Of a DNA stretch of 54,114 bases, positions 28,725-36,963 are shown piece after piece (position 1 is the stretch's first letter; every line of letters starts with the position of its first letter). The notes under the pieces were generated by a model. That model saw only the letters and a program-made list of their open reading frames with translations. It was not told the origin of the DNA and searched no databases. Source of the stretch: a virus. Lineage: Duplodnaviria > Caudoviricetes. A program made the position numbers and the translations under genes. Location of the stretch: positions 1 through 54,114 of the IMG/VR virus record IMGVR_UViG_3300025012_000112. One strand, 5' to 3'.

Positions 28725-29207
28725 CTATACGATCGGTTGATTCGATTGCAGTGCGGAATATCCAAGGCCAATGGCGGCTCCAACGGCCGCACCCACGCCA
28801 AGGCCACGCCATGCGCTGCTCCCCATGGACCGAATCGAGGCCCCTGCTTCGTGGGAGAATGCTCGTCCCATATATTTTGCCGTACGCCCAAGACCGGCAC
28901 TAAAAGCTCCGATTTCTTCGATGGGCATGTTGTTCAACCACAAATTGCGGGCCGCTGGACGTATCGCGGCATCATAGAATTGACCGCCGAGGCCAAGCGC
29001 TGCCTTACTCCCGGCGCCGATGGCCCGGCGCCCTGGACCCGAAAGGGCCGCGCCCGCGAGCCCACCCATCAGGACGTCATGGCGCGTGTCGGGCTCGGCC
29101 CGTGCAAACATGAACGCCCCGGCGCCAATGCCAAGCCACGGCAATACCCCGGCCGCTCGTGCGGTGGTGGAAGCCATGCCTGCTGCTGCTTCTCCTGGGA
29201 TCGGCAT
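28725..29207 (-). CDS. Glycine-zipper protein (possible internal/ejection protein)
   Basis: GGLAGAALSG and WRGLGVGAAVGAAIGLG; SD AAGGAG. Confidence 0.55.
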   Translation of the reverse strand: MPIPGEAAAGMASTTARAAGVLPWLGIGAGAFMFARAEPDTRHDVLMGGLAGAALSGPGRRAIGAGSKAALGLGGQFYDAAIRPAARNLWLNNMPIEEIGAFSAGLGRTAKYMGRAFSHEAGASIRSMGSSAWRGLGVGAAVGAAIGLGYSALQSNQPIV

Positions 29208-29220
29208 TTATCTCATCTCC

Positions 29221-29997
29221 TTAATACATCGCGGTATTCGAATACATTCGGTCCGCGGGCTGGGTGACTGCCCCGTGCAGGCCAACGACAAGCCCAATGG
29301 CGCCCATGACGCCGGCGCCGATGGCCCCGCGGTGCAGGGCCACCCGCCCCCACTTGCCCAGGTTTTCTGATTTGGCCATCCATTTCCATGACTCTTTGCG
29401 AAGCATCGAGCTTTCCAGAGCGGGCACTTCGTGCGGGACTTTCAGTCTCGCGTGTTCCGCACTCTGCCACGACCGCGGTCCTTCAAAAGCCTGTCCCGTC
29501 CTGGCGTCAACGTGTTCGAGTTGGCCGTTGGCATTTAGACGTGGTTTCAGGCGCTCGCCAGCGACCTTGATAGGATTCTGATTGAGCCGGTCAAGTTCCT
29601 GGACACGAGCCGCCTCAATGTTCCCATGGGCTCCCCGCATCCTCGGCATTTCATTCCTGGCCAGGGACGCCATGGTAATTGGCGTTCCCGCCGCACCCAG
29701 TAGCGCACCGCCCCAGGCTCCTCGCCACGTGGCGCCGCCCAGTCGTTCCAATGGAGACCGGTTTGGGTCGTATGCCTTACTCGCAATTCCTCCCATGACA
29801 AGGCCGGCCCCCAGGGCGGTCCCGACAGCTGCCGCTCCAACTCCGGCGTACATCCGATTGCCGGCGAGCATCGGTGGGAGGCCGCGGCTTGCTCCTGACA
29901 CGGCGGAATACATTGAAGCCGCACCAAAGCCACCGCCGCCCAGCATGGCGAGGGTAGCTTTGCCGCGAACTCGCTCCTGTGGTGTCGATCCGTCCAT
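29221..29997 (-). CDS. Glycine-zipper protein (possible internal/ejection protein)
   Basis: GVGAAAVGTALGAG, WRGAWGGALLGAAG and HRGAIGAGVMGAIGL. Confidence 0.55.
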   Translation of the reverse strand: MDGSTPQERVRGKATLAMLGGGGFGAASMYSAVSGASRGLPPMLAGNRMYAGVGAAAVGTALGAGLVMGGIASKAYDPNRSPLERLGGATWRGAWGGALLGAAGTPITMASLARNEMPRMRGAHGNIEAARVQELDRLNQNPIKVAGERLKPRLNANGQLEHVDARTGQAFEGPRSWQSAEHARLKVPHEVPALESSMLRKESWKWMAKSENLGKWGRVALHRGAIGAGVMGAIGLVVGLHGAVTQPADRMYSNTAMY

Positions 29998-29998
29998 G

Positions 29999-31561
29999 TT
30001 ACAACAGCGCCTCGTTGAATAAGACTATGAACCATTCCATGGCCGGGGTAAGGGCTTCGTCCATGACGCGCATTTCCACTTTGACCTTCATCTTGTTTCC
30101 CTGTACGACATCCGCTATCCCCGTTTGTATCTCTTTGGCCGGGTCGTACGAGAACAATATTTCGGAGTAGGTCATGCCATCGTCGGCGGATACGTACAGG
30201 CGTAAATTGGTCTCGTCAGGCATTGTGAACCGTGCCCGGACTTCGACAGAGGCCGTTTCCCCAGCCAGTTCCAGCTCAAAGATTGTGTGCTTCCACGTGC
30301 TGGCCGGCGCATACGGAGCGCGGCGAGTGAACCGGAGTTCCCCGTGCAGCGTGTCTGTATAAAGTTCGTCTTCTCCCTCAACGCGTTCCGTCACGTCCAT
30401 GAAGTGCTTGCCAAACGCCCACCGGCGGCCACTGACATGCAGGATGTCCCGGAACAGGTTCTCGTATTGCTGGATGTCCATACCGCCGCTCCCTGTCCCC
30501 GGTGACGGGGATGGGCCTGGTGGCGTCCCGCCTTCCGGCACGATGATCAGAACGTTTGGTTCGTCCTCGTCCACGTACACGCTTTCTATTCCTATTGTAC
30601 CCGGTTCGCGCACGTTCGGATCGGACTGCAGTATCTTATTGCCGAACAAGGTCACGCAACTCAGATCAACGGTATCGGGGTTTATATTGCGATTGAACGT
30701 AACACGGAAATATTCAGGGTCAACATTCATGGAAAAGTCAGGCGGATCGATCCCGATAATCATGAAGGGTTCGTTGCCGGAAAGTACCTGGCCTACATTC
30801 TCCCAGGTTGGCCCGGTCGTCTGAGGTACGTATGGGGCTTCCTGCCCTGGCTCCAACACGTAGAACGAGTGGAGCAGTGACCACGCACTCCATTGTCCGG
30901 CCACCAATGTTCGTATGTGCCAAAAGTACTGGACCCCAGCCGGGAGTTCCTCGTCCGGGCGCCACTCAGTGTTTGGAAGTTGCGTCTCCGAATCGATGGC
31001 GGGAATAATCACCGCGGGCTGGCCAGCCGGTGGCACCAGCAATGGGTCCATGAGTTCGGAGTACCCGATCTCAATCTGGTAGGACTCGGCCGCGGTGACG
31101 GGCGCCCATCGGAAGAGCGGCCGCGTGTCGTAAATGGATGAATATTCAAACGGGAGTTCCGCGGACGGCGGCTGGATGGACACGTCTCCGGTGGAGAAGT
31201 TCCACACGAAGTTTTTGCCCATGCTGTTGCCGACAATATTCTTGACGACAGCATTGGTCCCGCCCGTGAATGGATTGGCCAGACCCACGATGGTCGCCTG
31301 GTAAGTTGTCTGTGGATCCAACGGCTGCTGTGGACGGAACCGGCCAATGAATTCGCCGGCCTGCGTGGCTTCGTAACTCACATAACCCGGAATGGGCCGC
31401 ATGCTGTTACTGGCAACGATGAAAGTCCCCGCTGTCAGTGTGTCGCGGTCGACCGCCTGGGAAAAGTATACCAGAATCTCCGAGTCGAGGGATACGTTGG
31501 ACTGGATCTCTCTTGGTGATACTCTGGTTACTCTGAGATCGTCTACAAAGCCAAAAACCAT
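29999..31561 (-). CDS. Ig-like (Big_5-type) multi-domain virion protein
   Basis: VTRVSP...ILVYFSQAVDRDTL...LDPQTTYQATI...WNFSTG is a complete Big_5-type domain. It is followed by an FN3-like unit, a truncated second Big_5, a PG linker and a C-terminal beta domain. Confidence 0.75.
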   Translation of the reverse strand: MVFGFVDDLRVTRVSPREIQSNVSLDSEILVYFSQAVDRDTLTAGTFIVASNSMRPIPGYVSYEATQAGEFIGRFRPQQPLDPQTTYQATIVGLANPFTGGTNAVVKNIVGNSMGKNFVWNFSTGDVSIQPPSAELPFEYSSIYDTRPLFRWAPVTAAESYQIEIGYSELMDPLLVPPAGQPAVIIPAIDSETQLPNTEWRPDEELPAGVQYFWHIRTLVAGQWSAWSLLHSFYVLEPGQEAPYVPQTTGPTWENVGQVLSGNEPFMIIGIDPPDFSMNVDPEYFRVTFNRNINPDTVDLSCVTLFGNKILQSDPNVREPGTIGIESVYVDEDEPNVLIIVPEGGTPPGPSPSPGTGSGGMDIQQYENLFRDILHVSGRRWAFGKHFMDVTERVEGEDELYTDTLHGELRFTRRAPYAPASTWKHTIFELELAGETASVEVRARFTMPDETNLRLYVSADDGMTYSEILFSYDPAKEIQTGIADVVQGNKMKVKVEMRVMDEALTPAMEWFIVLFNEALL

Positions 31562-31569
31562 GGCGGTTA

Positions 31570-31965
31570 TTATCCCTCGGCGAGTTTGGTATCAACGATG
31601 GTCAGTTCTTCCGGAGTGATGTGTTTGGAACAATGCTTTGAGTGCAGAAGCGCCTTGTTCTTGCAGCGTGACCCACTTTTTGTCTTTGCTTCGCAGCGTT
31701 GTTCGCTGGTGGGCCGGCCGCCCTTGGCGATGGCCTCTTCGGGGTTGTCGTTGAAGCCGTCGTTTGGTTCCTGCTCCGACGTATCCTCGGCGTCCGGCGC
31801 CGACAGGTCCATGATGTGTATCAGTCCCTGTTCGATCCCCGCCTGCAGCGTGGGCGTTATCTCTTCGACTTCCGCCTCGGGCATGTATCGGTTTAGCGTA
31901 ATCGGTGGGATACAGTCGTTTGCATGAAAGTTCAGGTTCCCGATGTCGAGCATGACTTTATACAT
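31570..31965 (-). CDS. Small protein with C-terminal CCCH zinc finger
   Basis: RCEAKTKSGSRCKNKALLHSKHCSKH; SD GGAGG; follows the MCP gene. Confidence 0.65.
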   Translation of the reverse strand: MYKVMLDIGNLNFHANDCIPPITLNRYMPEAEVEEITPTLQAGIEQGLIHIMDLSAPDAEDTSEQEPNDGFNDNPEEAIAKGGRPTSEQRCEAKTKSGSRCKNKALLHSKHCSKHITPEELTIVDTKLAEG

Positions 31966-31980
31966 GGATTCCTCCGAGAA

Positions 31981-32021
31981 GCAAGGGGCCGGGGGAGCCG
32001 AAGCTCCCCCGTGCCTTTTGC
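31981..32021 (-). terminator. Hairpin after the major capsid gene
   Basis: Minus strand CGGGGGAGC-TTCG-GCTCCCCCG (UUCG tetraloop) with extended flanking pairing. Confidence 0.7.
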
Positions 32022-32037
32022 TTGTTCTTTACAGACC

Positions 32038-33213
32038 TTACACCTGGTGCGTGAAGGTGACGGTCGGGTCGTAGCTCGGCTGAGCCGCTATGTTGCGGGC
32101 GCAGATGACGGCGCGTCCCTTGTTCAGGATGCCCCATCCCTTGCGGGCTTTGACCTTGATGTTGCGGATGTCGGCTTCGGGTTCTTTCCACTCGTCCGAG
32201 GACATTTCCTCTTTGACGAGCTCGACGCCGACTTCGTTGCGGTCCACGACATACAGGTCTCCAACTTTCTTCTGTTTGTCGAAGAACACGCGCGGTGTGA
32301 GAATGGGATCGATTGCGAACGGCAGGGCCGCTCCGATCGCACCCTCGCCCAGCGGAACGCCTTTCGGGTCCCACCGTTTCGAGACGTTGCCCAGGCCACC
32401 GAAGTAGATGGTCTTCGCGTACGAAGGCCAGTACAGCGGGTGCATGAGCACGTTTGTGGGCGTGAACTCATGGGCCATAAGTGTGGCGATCATCTCGATC
32501 CAGTCGAGAGTCGAAAGAGTGTCGTTGAGGGCAAGCGAGGTGGCGCCGGGAGCGGAGCCGGGGGCCAGGGTGGGATTGAACCCGTAGCCTGTCGGGTGCT
32601 CCATGGAACCCTCCACGGACTCGCCGTCGAAACGCACGTGCGCGTGCATGTGGAAGTTGTTCGCCCTTTTGGTCTCTTCCCAGCGGGCCATGGCTCGGCC
32701 GGCGCCGCGGGTCAGAAGCCCGATGACGTCCCACAGTGAGTCGCTGATGGCTTCGTCGGTGGCGCCGAACGCCATGCCGAACTTGCCGACTTTGATCTCC
32801 AGGCTCTTGTGGAGCCCGAAGTCCACGACCGCTTTGGGGTACGGCTGACCTTCGGCGATGTCGCCGGCGGTCATGGCGCTGACGGACGGGAACTCTATTG
32901 AGTTTCCGGCGTTCAGGCGCACAATGCTGAAGAACTGTTTGAAGATGAGCAGTGGCTCGGCGGCTTCGCGAAGTGTTCCGTAGATCACCCGCGGAAGCAG
33001 GACCGACGCATCGTCGCTCGTGAGGAACTCGCTGAGGGAGATGCGTTCGGATTCCTTGGTGCCGAGATTGAATTCGGACAGGGCATCGAGCAGCCGGTTG
33101 TCGTAGTTGACCTCAATGTTCTTCGCCTCGAGGCCGAGAACGAGCTGACCTACTTGCGAGATGCTTTTGCATTCCTTGAGCGACTCGGTCGCGCTGAAAA
33201 TCTTGGTAAGCAT
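32038..33213 (-). CDS. Major capsid protein (HK97 fold)
   Basis: 391 aa, SD GAGGAGG. LLPRVI...REAAEP, IAEGQPYP, KVGKFG...TDEAISDS and LMHPL motifs. Strong codon bias and a downstream hairpin. Confidence 0.85.
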   Translation of the reverse strand: MLTKIFSATESLKECKSISQVGQLVLGLEAKNIEVNYDNRLLDALSEFNLGTKESERISLSEFLTSDDASVLLPRVIYGTLREAAEPLLIFKQFFSIVRLNAGNSIEFPSVSAMTAGDIAEGQPYPKAVVDFGLHKSLEIKVGKFGMAFGATDEAISDSLWDVIGLLTRGAGRAMARWEETKRANNFHMHAHVRFDGESVEGSMEHPTGYGFNPTLAPGSAPGATSLALNDTLSTLDWIEMIATLMAHEFTPTNVLMHPLYWPSYAKTIYFGGLGNVSKRWDPKGVPLGEGAIGAALPFAIDPILTPRVFFDKQKKVGDLYVVDRNEVGVELVKEEMSSDEWKEPEADIRNIKVKARKGWGILNKGRAVICARNIAAQPSYDPTVTFTHQV

Positions 33214-33225
33214 GTTCCCTCCTCT

Positions 33226-34623
33226 TTATCTCACCATCATGGCGAACCGGGCGACCCCGATGCACCTGCTGATGTCGATGTTGACTGGGACTCCGGCGAC
33301 CTGGCCCTGTGCGCGGAAGAAGCAATCCACGGAAGTGCCCGGAGTACTGGGTGTTAAGCCAGTGACGGTAATGGTAATGGTACCGACCCCATCGTCCACG
33401 CATGACGCGATTGCCGAGCCGATATTCCAGCAGGCTTCCGCTTGGATCCATGTGGTGAACGAGTCCGCCGTGGAAGGAACCAGGGGGTCCCCCACGGGCT
33501 CGACGAGTAAATCGCCCTCGTCGACAAACGCGCCGGTGCCCGCCAGGTTCAGTGCCTGTCCGATACCGGCAAAGCGGTAGTAGTAGAGCTTGAACACGAG
33601 TGTCGTTGCCGTGCCAGTCGTACTGCTGATCTTGTCATGCTGCCAGCTCTGCCAGTTGGCCCCGTCCGTGAGGTTGGGGATGCCCATGGCGTCGCGGAAC
33701 AGCGGGTCCTGCAGGCGCGGGTCGTACGGGTACATGCCTTCGCCGGCCGCATTCGGTCCGTACGAGAAGCCGGTTGGGGAGCTTGGGTCTCTCCAGTAGC
33801 GGCGTTTGTTGCCCTCGTAATCGGCGTAGCCGTCGTCGGCGGGATCGCCCGTCCACATGCCCTTGCCAAACTCGAACTCGAAGGGGTTGTCGAACTGAAC
33901 CCAGTTCAACAGGCCTTCGAATGTCGGGCCGTCATCGAATTCGTACACCTGGCAAAATGCGCGGTCGGCCGCCTGTGTGGCCGCGGTGATCTTGGCTCCC
34001 GCGGTGTTCTGCTTGTTGGTCAGCCAGCCCACGGACAGCACGCCTTCCTTGGTGCTGCCGCACACGCGCATCAGGTCTCCCGGCTTGATCTCGCCGTTGT
34101 AGGCGATGATCGCGCCCCAGCGGTGGTTGGCCGCTACGGCATCCGCATAGGATGCGAACACGGGGAGCTCGAAGTAACCGCGGGTGGCGATGCCAGGTCG
34201 ATTGGCTGCCAGCCGGTCGGCTACCGGACGGAACAGGTTGAGGTAGGACATTCCGTTGAGGTACTGCGTCTGCGCGTAGTTACCACCGCGGACGTCCCAG
34301 TCCGCGTAGTCGAGCAGGCCGTTGTTGTTGAAAGACACGATGTGCCCTTTGGGGAGCACAACGAGTCCCTGGGACGCCGTGTTCTGGTCATGCGTCCATT
34401 TGTAACTCAGTGCCTTACTGACCGACAAACTGGTGTGGATGTCGGCCGAAGGCGCCGGGTCTACCTCCAGCCCATACATTGGCACCACGTCAACCTTCGG
34501 GCCGCGGATAAGCCGGTTGTTGGTTCGTCCGCGTCCGGTCGCGCTCCGGTCAATGTACGGCTGTGGCATAAGTCCGCCGCTTCCGTAAACGTTAGGGCGG
34601 GCTTGTGTTCTTGCTGTTGCCAT
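33226..34623 (-). CDS. Capsid decoration/cement protein with C-terminal extension
   Basis: Between scaffold and MCP; VVLPKGHIVS, GYFELP and IKPGDL motifs; SD AAGGAGG. Confidence 0.6.
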   Translation of the reverse strand: MATARTQARPNVYGSGGLMPQPYIDRSATGRGRTNNRLIRGPKVDVVPMYGLEVDPAPSADIHTSLSVSKALSYKWTHDQNTASQGLVVLPKGHIVSFNNNGLLDYADWDVRGGNYAQTQYLNGMSYLNLFRPVADRLAANRPGIATRGYFELPVFASYADAVAANHRWGAIIAYNGEIKPGDLMRVCGSTKEGVLSVGWLTNKQNTAGAKITAATQAADRAFCQVYEFDDGPTFEGLLNWVQFDNPFEFEFGKGMWTGDPADDGYADYEGNKRRYWRDPSSPTGFSYGPNAAGEGMYPYDPRLQDPLFRDAMGIPNLTDGANWQSWQHDKISSTTGTATTLVFKLYYYRFAGIGQALNLAGTGAFVDEGDLLVEPVGDPLVPSTADSFTTWIQAEACWNIGSAIASCVDDGVGTITITVTGLTPSTPGTSVDCFFRAQGQVAGVPVNIDISRCIGVARFAMMVR

Positions 34624-34651
34624 GATTCAGCCCTCCTTAAAGGCTTGATAT

Positions 34652-35986
34652 TTACCTCTTCTGAGCCTTTGCCTCTTTGGTCGCGCCGGTGGCTTGAACC
34701 GCTTGTTCAAAGCGGGAAACCTTTGGCGTGTCTTTGGGAGGTGCGTCCTGGGTTGTGCTTTCGACCGAAGCACCCACCGGGGCGGTTCCAGACTCAGTAG
34801 CGGGGCGCGCGGCCGGCAACGTGGTTGCCGTGGCGCTGGTTTCCTGGGTTACATCATCGAGCATGTCGCGGAGCGTCTCGACGGACATCTTCGCATAATG
34901 CTCGCGCAGTTGCTCCTCGGTCCTCTTGGTGCCCGTGGCAATCTTCGCCATTACCAGACGGTCCAAAAGTTCCTTGTGGGTGTTGGCGCCAAGCTCGGCG
35001 TTTTGCTCCTGCAGGTGTGCGATCTCCTGCTTCTGCGACTCGGAAGTCGCTTTGAGCGCATCCAGTTCGGCGTGCAACTGCTTGTTCTGCTCGCGCAAAA
35101 CGCTGGCCTGGTCTTCGAGCCGTGCGATTTGTTCCTTCGCATCCTCGGTGAGGGCCTCGGCATGAGTCTTGCAATTTGGGCACGGTGTCGTTGTGTCCGT
35201 TTCGGTCGACTCTCCTGTTTTGAACCCCTCGACCGCGGACGGAACCGCAGTCTCGATCATGTTGGCCAGGGTGACTGGATCATCCCACTCCAGCCATTCT
35301 GGTTTCGTGATGGCCGATTCCGTGGCAAACTCACCGGATTCGTCCAGCTGTTGCTCCAGTTCGTCGATCTTATTCGCTATCTGGGCTCGCTGAGCTTCCG
35401 ACATCTTCTCCCGCACGTTGGGCCATGAGAGCTCGGCTCTCGCAACCTGGACGGCGAAATAGTTGATGACGGGGAATGAGCGGTTGGGACCGCAGAATAC
35501 GTTCTCGGGAAGACTCTTGAGGAACTCTTCCTGTTTCTGCATCTCCTCGCGCTCCGCCTCGCGCACTCCTTCAGAGTCCGCTTCGGCCCACGCGGTGGCG
35601 AGCATCGCGTCGATTTCCGCCTCTGTTTTTGGGGCGAGAATGTCGTACGCATCCTTGAGACTGTTGGATGCACAGTACTGCTCGATCCATGCATTCGCCT
35701 CGTCACCGGTAAGAAGAACCATCTCTTTCTTATCGGCTCCTCCGGCTTTGATGCCGAACTTTGAGGCTCGGCTCCGGAGGCATCCAAGGACTTTTGCTCG
35801 TGTGGCGGCCGGCATTCTTGCCCCGAATTGCGACAGTCTTGCCAGGCCATTCCGCACGTGAGCGGCGTCGTGGGCCGGATAGGAACGTCCCGGTCCACAG
35901 AAGGCGCTGTCAGGAAGCTTGTTGCGAGCTGCGGATGATAACTTGGCTTCAATAAGTTCGCCGGCTGGAATGACGAGCTTAACCAT
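34652..35986 (-). CDS. Nested in-frame scaffold protein
   Basis: AAGGAGGGAGCTGCA-ATG at 35986, in frame, just after a Thr-rich linker. Same arrangement as lambda C/Nu3. Confidence 0.6.
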   Translation of the reverse strand: MVKLVIPAGELIEAKLSSAARNKLPDSAFCGPGRSYPAHDAAHVRNGLARLSQFGARMPAATRAKVLGCLRSRASKFGIKAGGADKKEMVLLTGDEANAWIEQYCASNSLKDAYDILAPKTEAEIDAMLATAWAEADSEGVREAEREEMQKQEEFLKSLPENVFCGPNRSFPVINYFAVQVARAELSWPNVREKMSEAQRAQIANKIDELEQQLDESGEFATESAITKPEWLEWDDPVTLANMIETAVPSAVEGFKTGESTETDTTTPCPNCKTHAEALTEDAKEQIARLEDQASVLREQNKQLHAELDALKATSESQKQEIAHLQEQNAELGANTHKELLDRLVMAKIATGTKRTEEQLREHYAKMSVETLRDMLDDVTQETSATATTLPAARPATESGTAPVGASVESTTQDAPPKDTPKVSRFEQAVQATGATKEAKAQKR

Positions 35987-36949
35987 TGCAGCTCCCTCCT
36001 TCGTTGTTGTGGTTGCTGACGCGGATCCCGCGGTCGTCTGGTACTCCTTGGGCATCCAGTAATGGATGCGCGGGGTGTCCAGTTTGACGATGTAAAAGGC
36101 TTCCTGCGGCTCGGTAAGGCATTTCCCCTTACCGTCGCAGACGTGCCCGTCGCCCTGACAGTTATAGCATGTGCGTTTCCCCACGCTTTCGCTGCTCATG
36201 ACGATGTCGCCGTGTGACTGAAGATAGGCCTCGAATGCTTCCTTCGTATTCACGCGCGTCACACCGGACGTTGATTTGGCCGGCTGGTTCACGAACGAAT
36301 ACTCCTGGAACCATAAGTTGCCCAGAATCCATTCAGCCATTTCGCCTTTGGGATCCTGCGATCCGTTCTTGTACCTGCGCCCCTTCCAGTGGTCGCATGG
36401 TTCCTGCGCGGCCACAATATCATGGCCGCAGATGGAACACACCGCGGAGTCACTCTGGGTGCCGATACTGCCCGTCATGTATTCCCGGCGGAACACCTTT
36501 CCGATACCTTCCGGTTGGGTGATTTCAGGGTAGATATAAATCCCACCCTTGCCGTTGCGACGAACATACTTGGCATCCTCGGGGGTCATTACTCTGCCCA
36601 GCGGGTCGACATCCAAATCATGGTTGACGAGGATCGGCTTGGGGAATGGGTAGAACCAGGACTGGACACCGCTTGGGTTGCCTTCGGGGTCTGGGGAACC
36701 GCCGATGAGCTTCCTTCCCTGGTACCGGTTATGGTTCTTCGTGGAGCCTTCCTCAATCGCCCATATCTCCGGACGAATGGATCCGTCCTGCAGGGCCTGG
36801 CTTAACTCGGAGGACTCGGTCGCCAGCATGTCGGCAATACCTTCTCCGAAGTTGACCCGGGAGTACTGTCCTCGTACTGGGGATACGAAGGACAGCTGGC
36901 TGGGGACCTGCTCCCAGGACTCAAGAATACCGATCATGAATTTTGACAT
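34652..36949 (-). CDS. Prohead protease-scaffold fusion
   Basis: SD AAGGAGG before ATG 36949. KPILVNHD...PLGRV, TGSIG, CSICG and EYSFVNQPA motifs; long acidic coiled-coil C-terminus. Confidence 0.8.
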   Translation of the reverse strand: MSKFMIGILESWEQVPSQLSFVSPVRGQYSRVNFGEGIADMLATESSELSQALQDGSIRPEIWAIEEGSTKNHNRYQGRKLIGGSPDPEGNPSGVQSWFYPFPKPILVNHDLDVDPLGRVMTPEDAKYVRRNGKGGIYIYPEITQPEGIGKVFRREYMTGSIGTQSDSAVCSICGHDIVAAQEPCDHWKGRRYKNGSQDPKGEMAEWILGNLWFQEYSFVNQPAKSTSGVTRVNTKEAFEAYLQSHGDIVMSSESVGKRTCYNCQGDGHVCDGKGKCLTEPQEAFYIVKLDTPRIHYWMPKEYQTTAGSASATTTTKEGAAMVKLVIPAGELIEAKLSSAARNKLPDSAFCGPGRSYPAHDAAHVRNGLARLSQFGARMPAATRAKVLGCLRSRASKFGIKAGGADKKEMVLLTGDEANAWIEQYCASNSLKDAYDILAPKTEAEIDAMLATAWAEADSEGVREAEREEMQKQEEFLKSLPENVFCGPNRSFPVINYFAVQVARAELSWPNVREKMSEAQRAQIANKIDELEQQLDESGEFATESAITKPEWLEWDDPVTLANMIETAVPSAVEGFKTGESTETDTTTPCPNCKTHAEALTEDAKEQIARLEDQASVLREQNKQLHAELDALKATSESQKQEIAHLQEQNAELGANTHKELLDRLVMAKIATGTKRTEEQLREHYAKMSVETLRDMLDDVTQETSATATTLPAARPATESGTAPVGASVESTTQDAPPKDTPKVSRFEQAVQATGATKEAKAQKR

Positions 36950-36963
36950 AGAGCCTCCTTGTC

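Noticed and set aside
23184-30526. Self-splicing intron or mobile element as the cause of the split Ig domain
   Set aside because: The interval is filled with structural-type genes. I saw no maturase, homing endonuclease, recombinase, terminal repeats or intron core motifs.
16400-31561. Diversity-generating retroelement or invertible fibre cassette
   Set aside because: I saw no reverse transcriptase, invertase or near-identical TR/VR pair in this window; a self-alignment would be needed to exclude it fully.
33637-34800. 387-aa plus-strand ORF, and similar ones at 2145..3308 and 49296..50474
   Set aside because: They lie antisense to well-supported genes and contain no recognisable motifs.
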